Both the position numbers and the translations under genes were made by a program. Under the pieces are notes generated by a model. It saw nothing but the letters and a program-made list of their open reading frames with translations, ran no database searches and was not told where the DNA came from. A stretch of 64,000 nt of DNA from assembly GCA_051362555.1 (NCBI GenBank), contig CM120649.1, positions 12,090,001 to 12,154,000 on the forward strand, read 5' to 3'. Of this stretch, positions 62,756 to 64,000 are shown in pieces (position 1 is the first letter of the stretch; each line of letters opens with the position of its first letter). This DNA comes from Lingula anatina. Its lineage: Eukaryota; Animalia; Brachiopoda.

Positions 62756-64000
62756 CCAGGATAGATTGGCAGGACTTTTGTGAATGGAGGAAAAATTCAG
62801 TGTCTCATGTGAAGAAAAAAAAACAACAAAAAAGGTTCATTGTACTTGTTATTAGGTCAGGCAGACCTGCCTTTACTGAGGTTAATGTTGTCAATTTCTA
62901 ATCAAGATTTCAAGATTTTATCTGTTATCTTTTTTTGCTGCAAGATACAAAACAACCTTTTTTTATTTTATTTTCTTGATTTGCCTAGTCCATTTATTAA
63001 GTTGATGGCTGGTATATGGTATAGATATTTAGGAAATATAGCACTGTTGGATGTGGATATGTATGCTTCCTGGTGCAAAGTCATAATATTTTATTTTTAG
63101 TTGCCATAGGGCATATCTTCTGCTTTTAGGGAGACAGTGCTTGAAATGGACTGGGAAAACCAGCACAAATGTTCCACTACAAAATCTGCCATCTGTGTAA
63201 CAAGTAATGAGTGAGAGAAACATAAAAAAAATTGGGAAATAATGAAGCACAAGTGCCATATACAGCTTTTATGATGCCTGAAGCAGAGTGTAAGGTCGCT
63301 GTTGATGTATTTTCATTCTTTCAGGTGGTTAGGACTTATACTTTGTCTTGACATTAGGATATTTATTTTGTCTAAATGATAACTCTTGCAGTTTGATGTG
63401 CACGAAGGTGCTGCCACCTACAGTTATGGTATAAGTTCAGTGCTGCCCCATTTAAGAAGTAAATTCTGAATATTGCTGCCCCAATGTGAAGGATCTAAGG
63501 GTATTAAGGCGCCCCCTATTGTGAAAGGAAGCTGTACAGTTGTGACCCTATTTATACATATGAGTTTAGGAAGTGTTTTCTTATTGATATTGGATCTATT
63601 TTAGTTGGGTCATTGGCTGTTGGAACCGCTCAGTAATATTTTCAACAATCCAAAGGACGGCATTGCTAACTAAAGCAGCAGCCACAGTTGTCTGCTGACA
63701 AAATGTTTAATTGAAGTCTAGCATGAAAAACCAACTGCCCAGCACAAGTATTGACCAAATTAAACATTAAAGGTATGAAGTGGATGAAAAATTGAAAAAT
63801 GTGGGGGAGATGTTTGAGGAGGAGGGGGAAAAAAAAGGTGTGGGCGTGATAAGCCTTGAAAAGGGGGGGGGGGGATATTGTCTTAATGTGTGAAAATTTT
63901 ACTGAATTGTGCATCTCCCAAGCTGTTGGCTTCTGCCATCTGGTGCTGTATGGTCACGGGCTCTTAAAGGATACCAGATATATTTAAGCACAAACAAGAG
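62599..64000 (+). other. Probable FNDC3 3' UTR (end not defined)
   Basis: Follows the stop codon; AT-rich with no credible ORF; only weak ATTAAA hexamers at 63759 and 63766. Confidence 0.55.

Overview
Animal (eukaryotic) genomic DNA, AT-rich and CpG-poor. The repeat landscape suggests an invertebrate, probably a mollusc or other lophotrochozoan (inference). The window holds most of one + strand multi-exon gene, an FNDC3A/FNDC3B orthologue. I could chain 22 coding exons (41150-62598) by hand with GT-AG boundaries and consistent phases into about 1110 aa: a Pro-rich N-terminal region, nine fibronectin type III domains and a C-terminal transmembrane anchor. The start codon exon(s) were not found, and positions 1-41149 look like one very large intron. 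Introns carry many non-autonomous DNA transposons (Harbinger-, hAT-, CMC- and Helentron-like), several of them nested, plus minisatellites and microsatellites. The most notable item is a 5'-truncated Penelope-like retroelement in the last intron (RT plus GIY-YIG, minus strand). It is bounded by a perfect 104-bp inverted repeat that contains a minimal hammerhead ribozyme, so one ribozyme copy is in the host pre-mRNA sense. Most ORFs in the supplied track are spurious.
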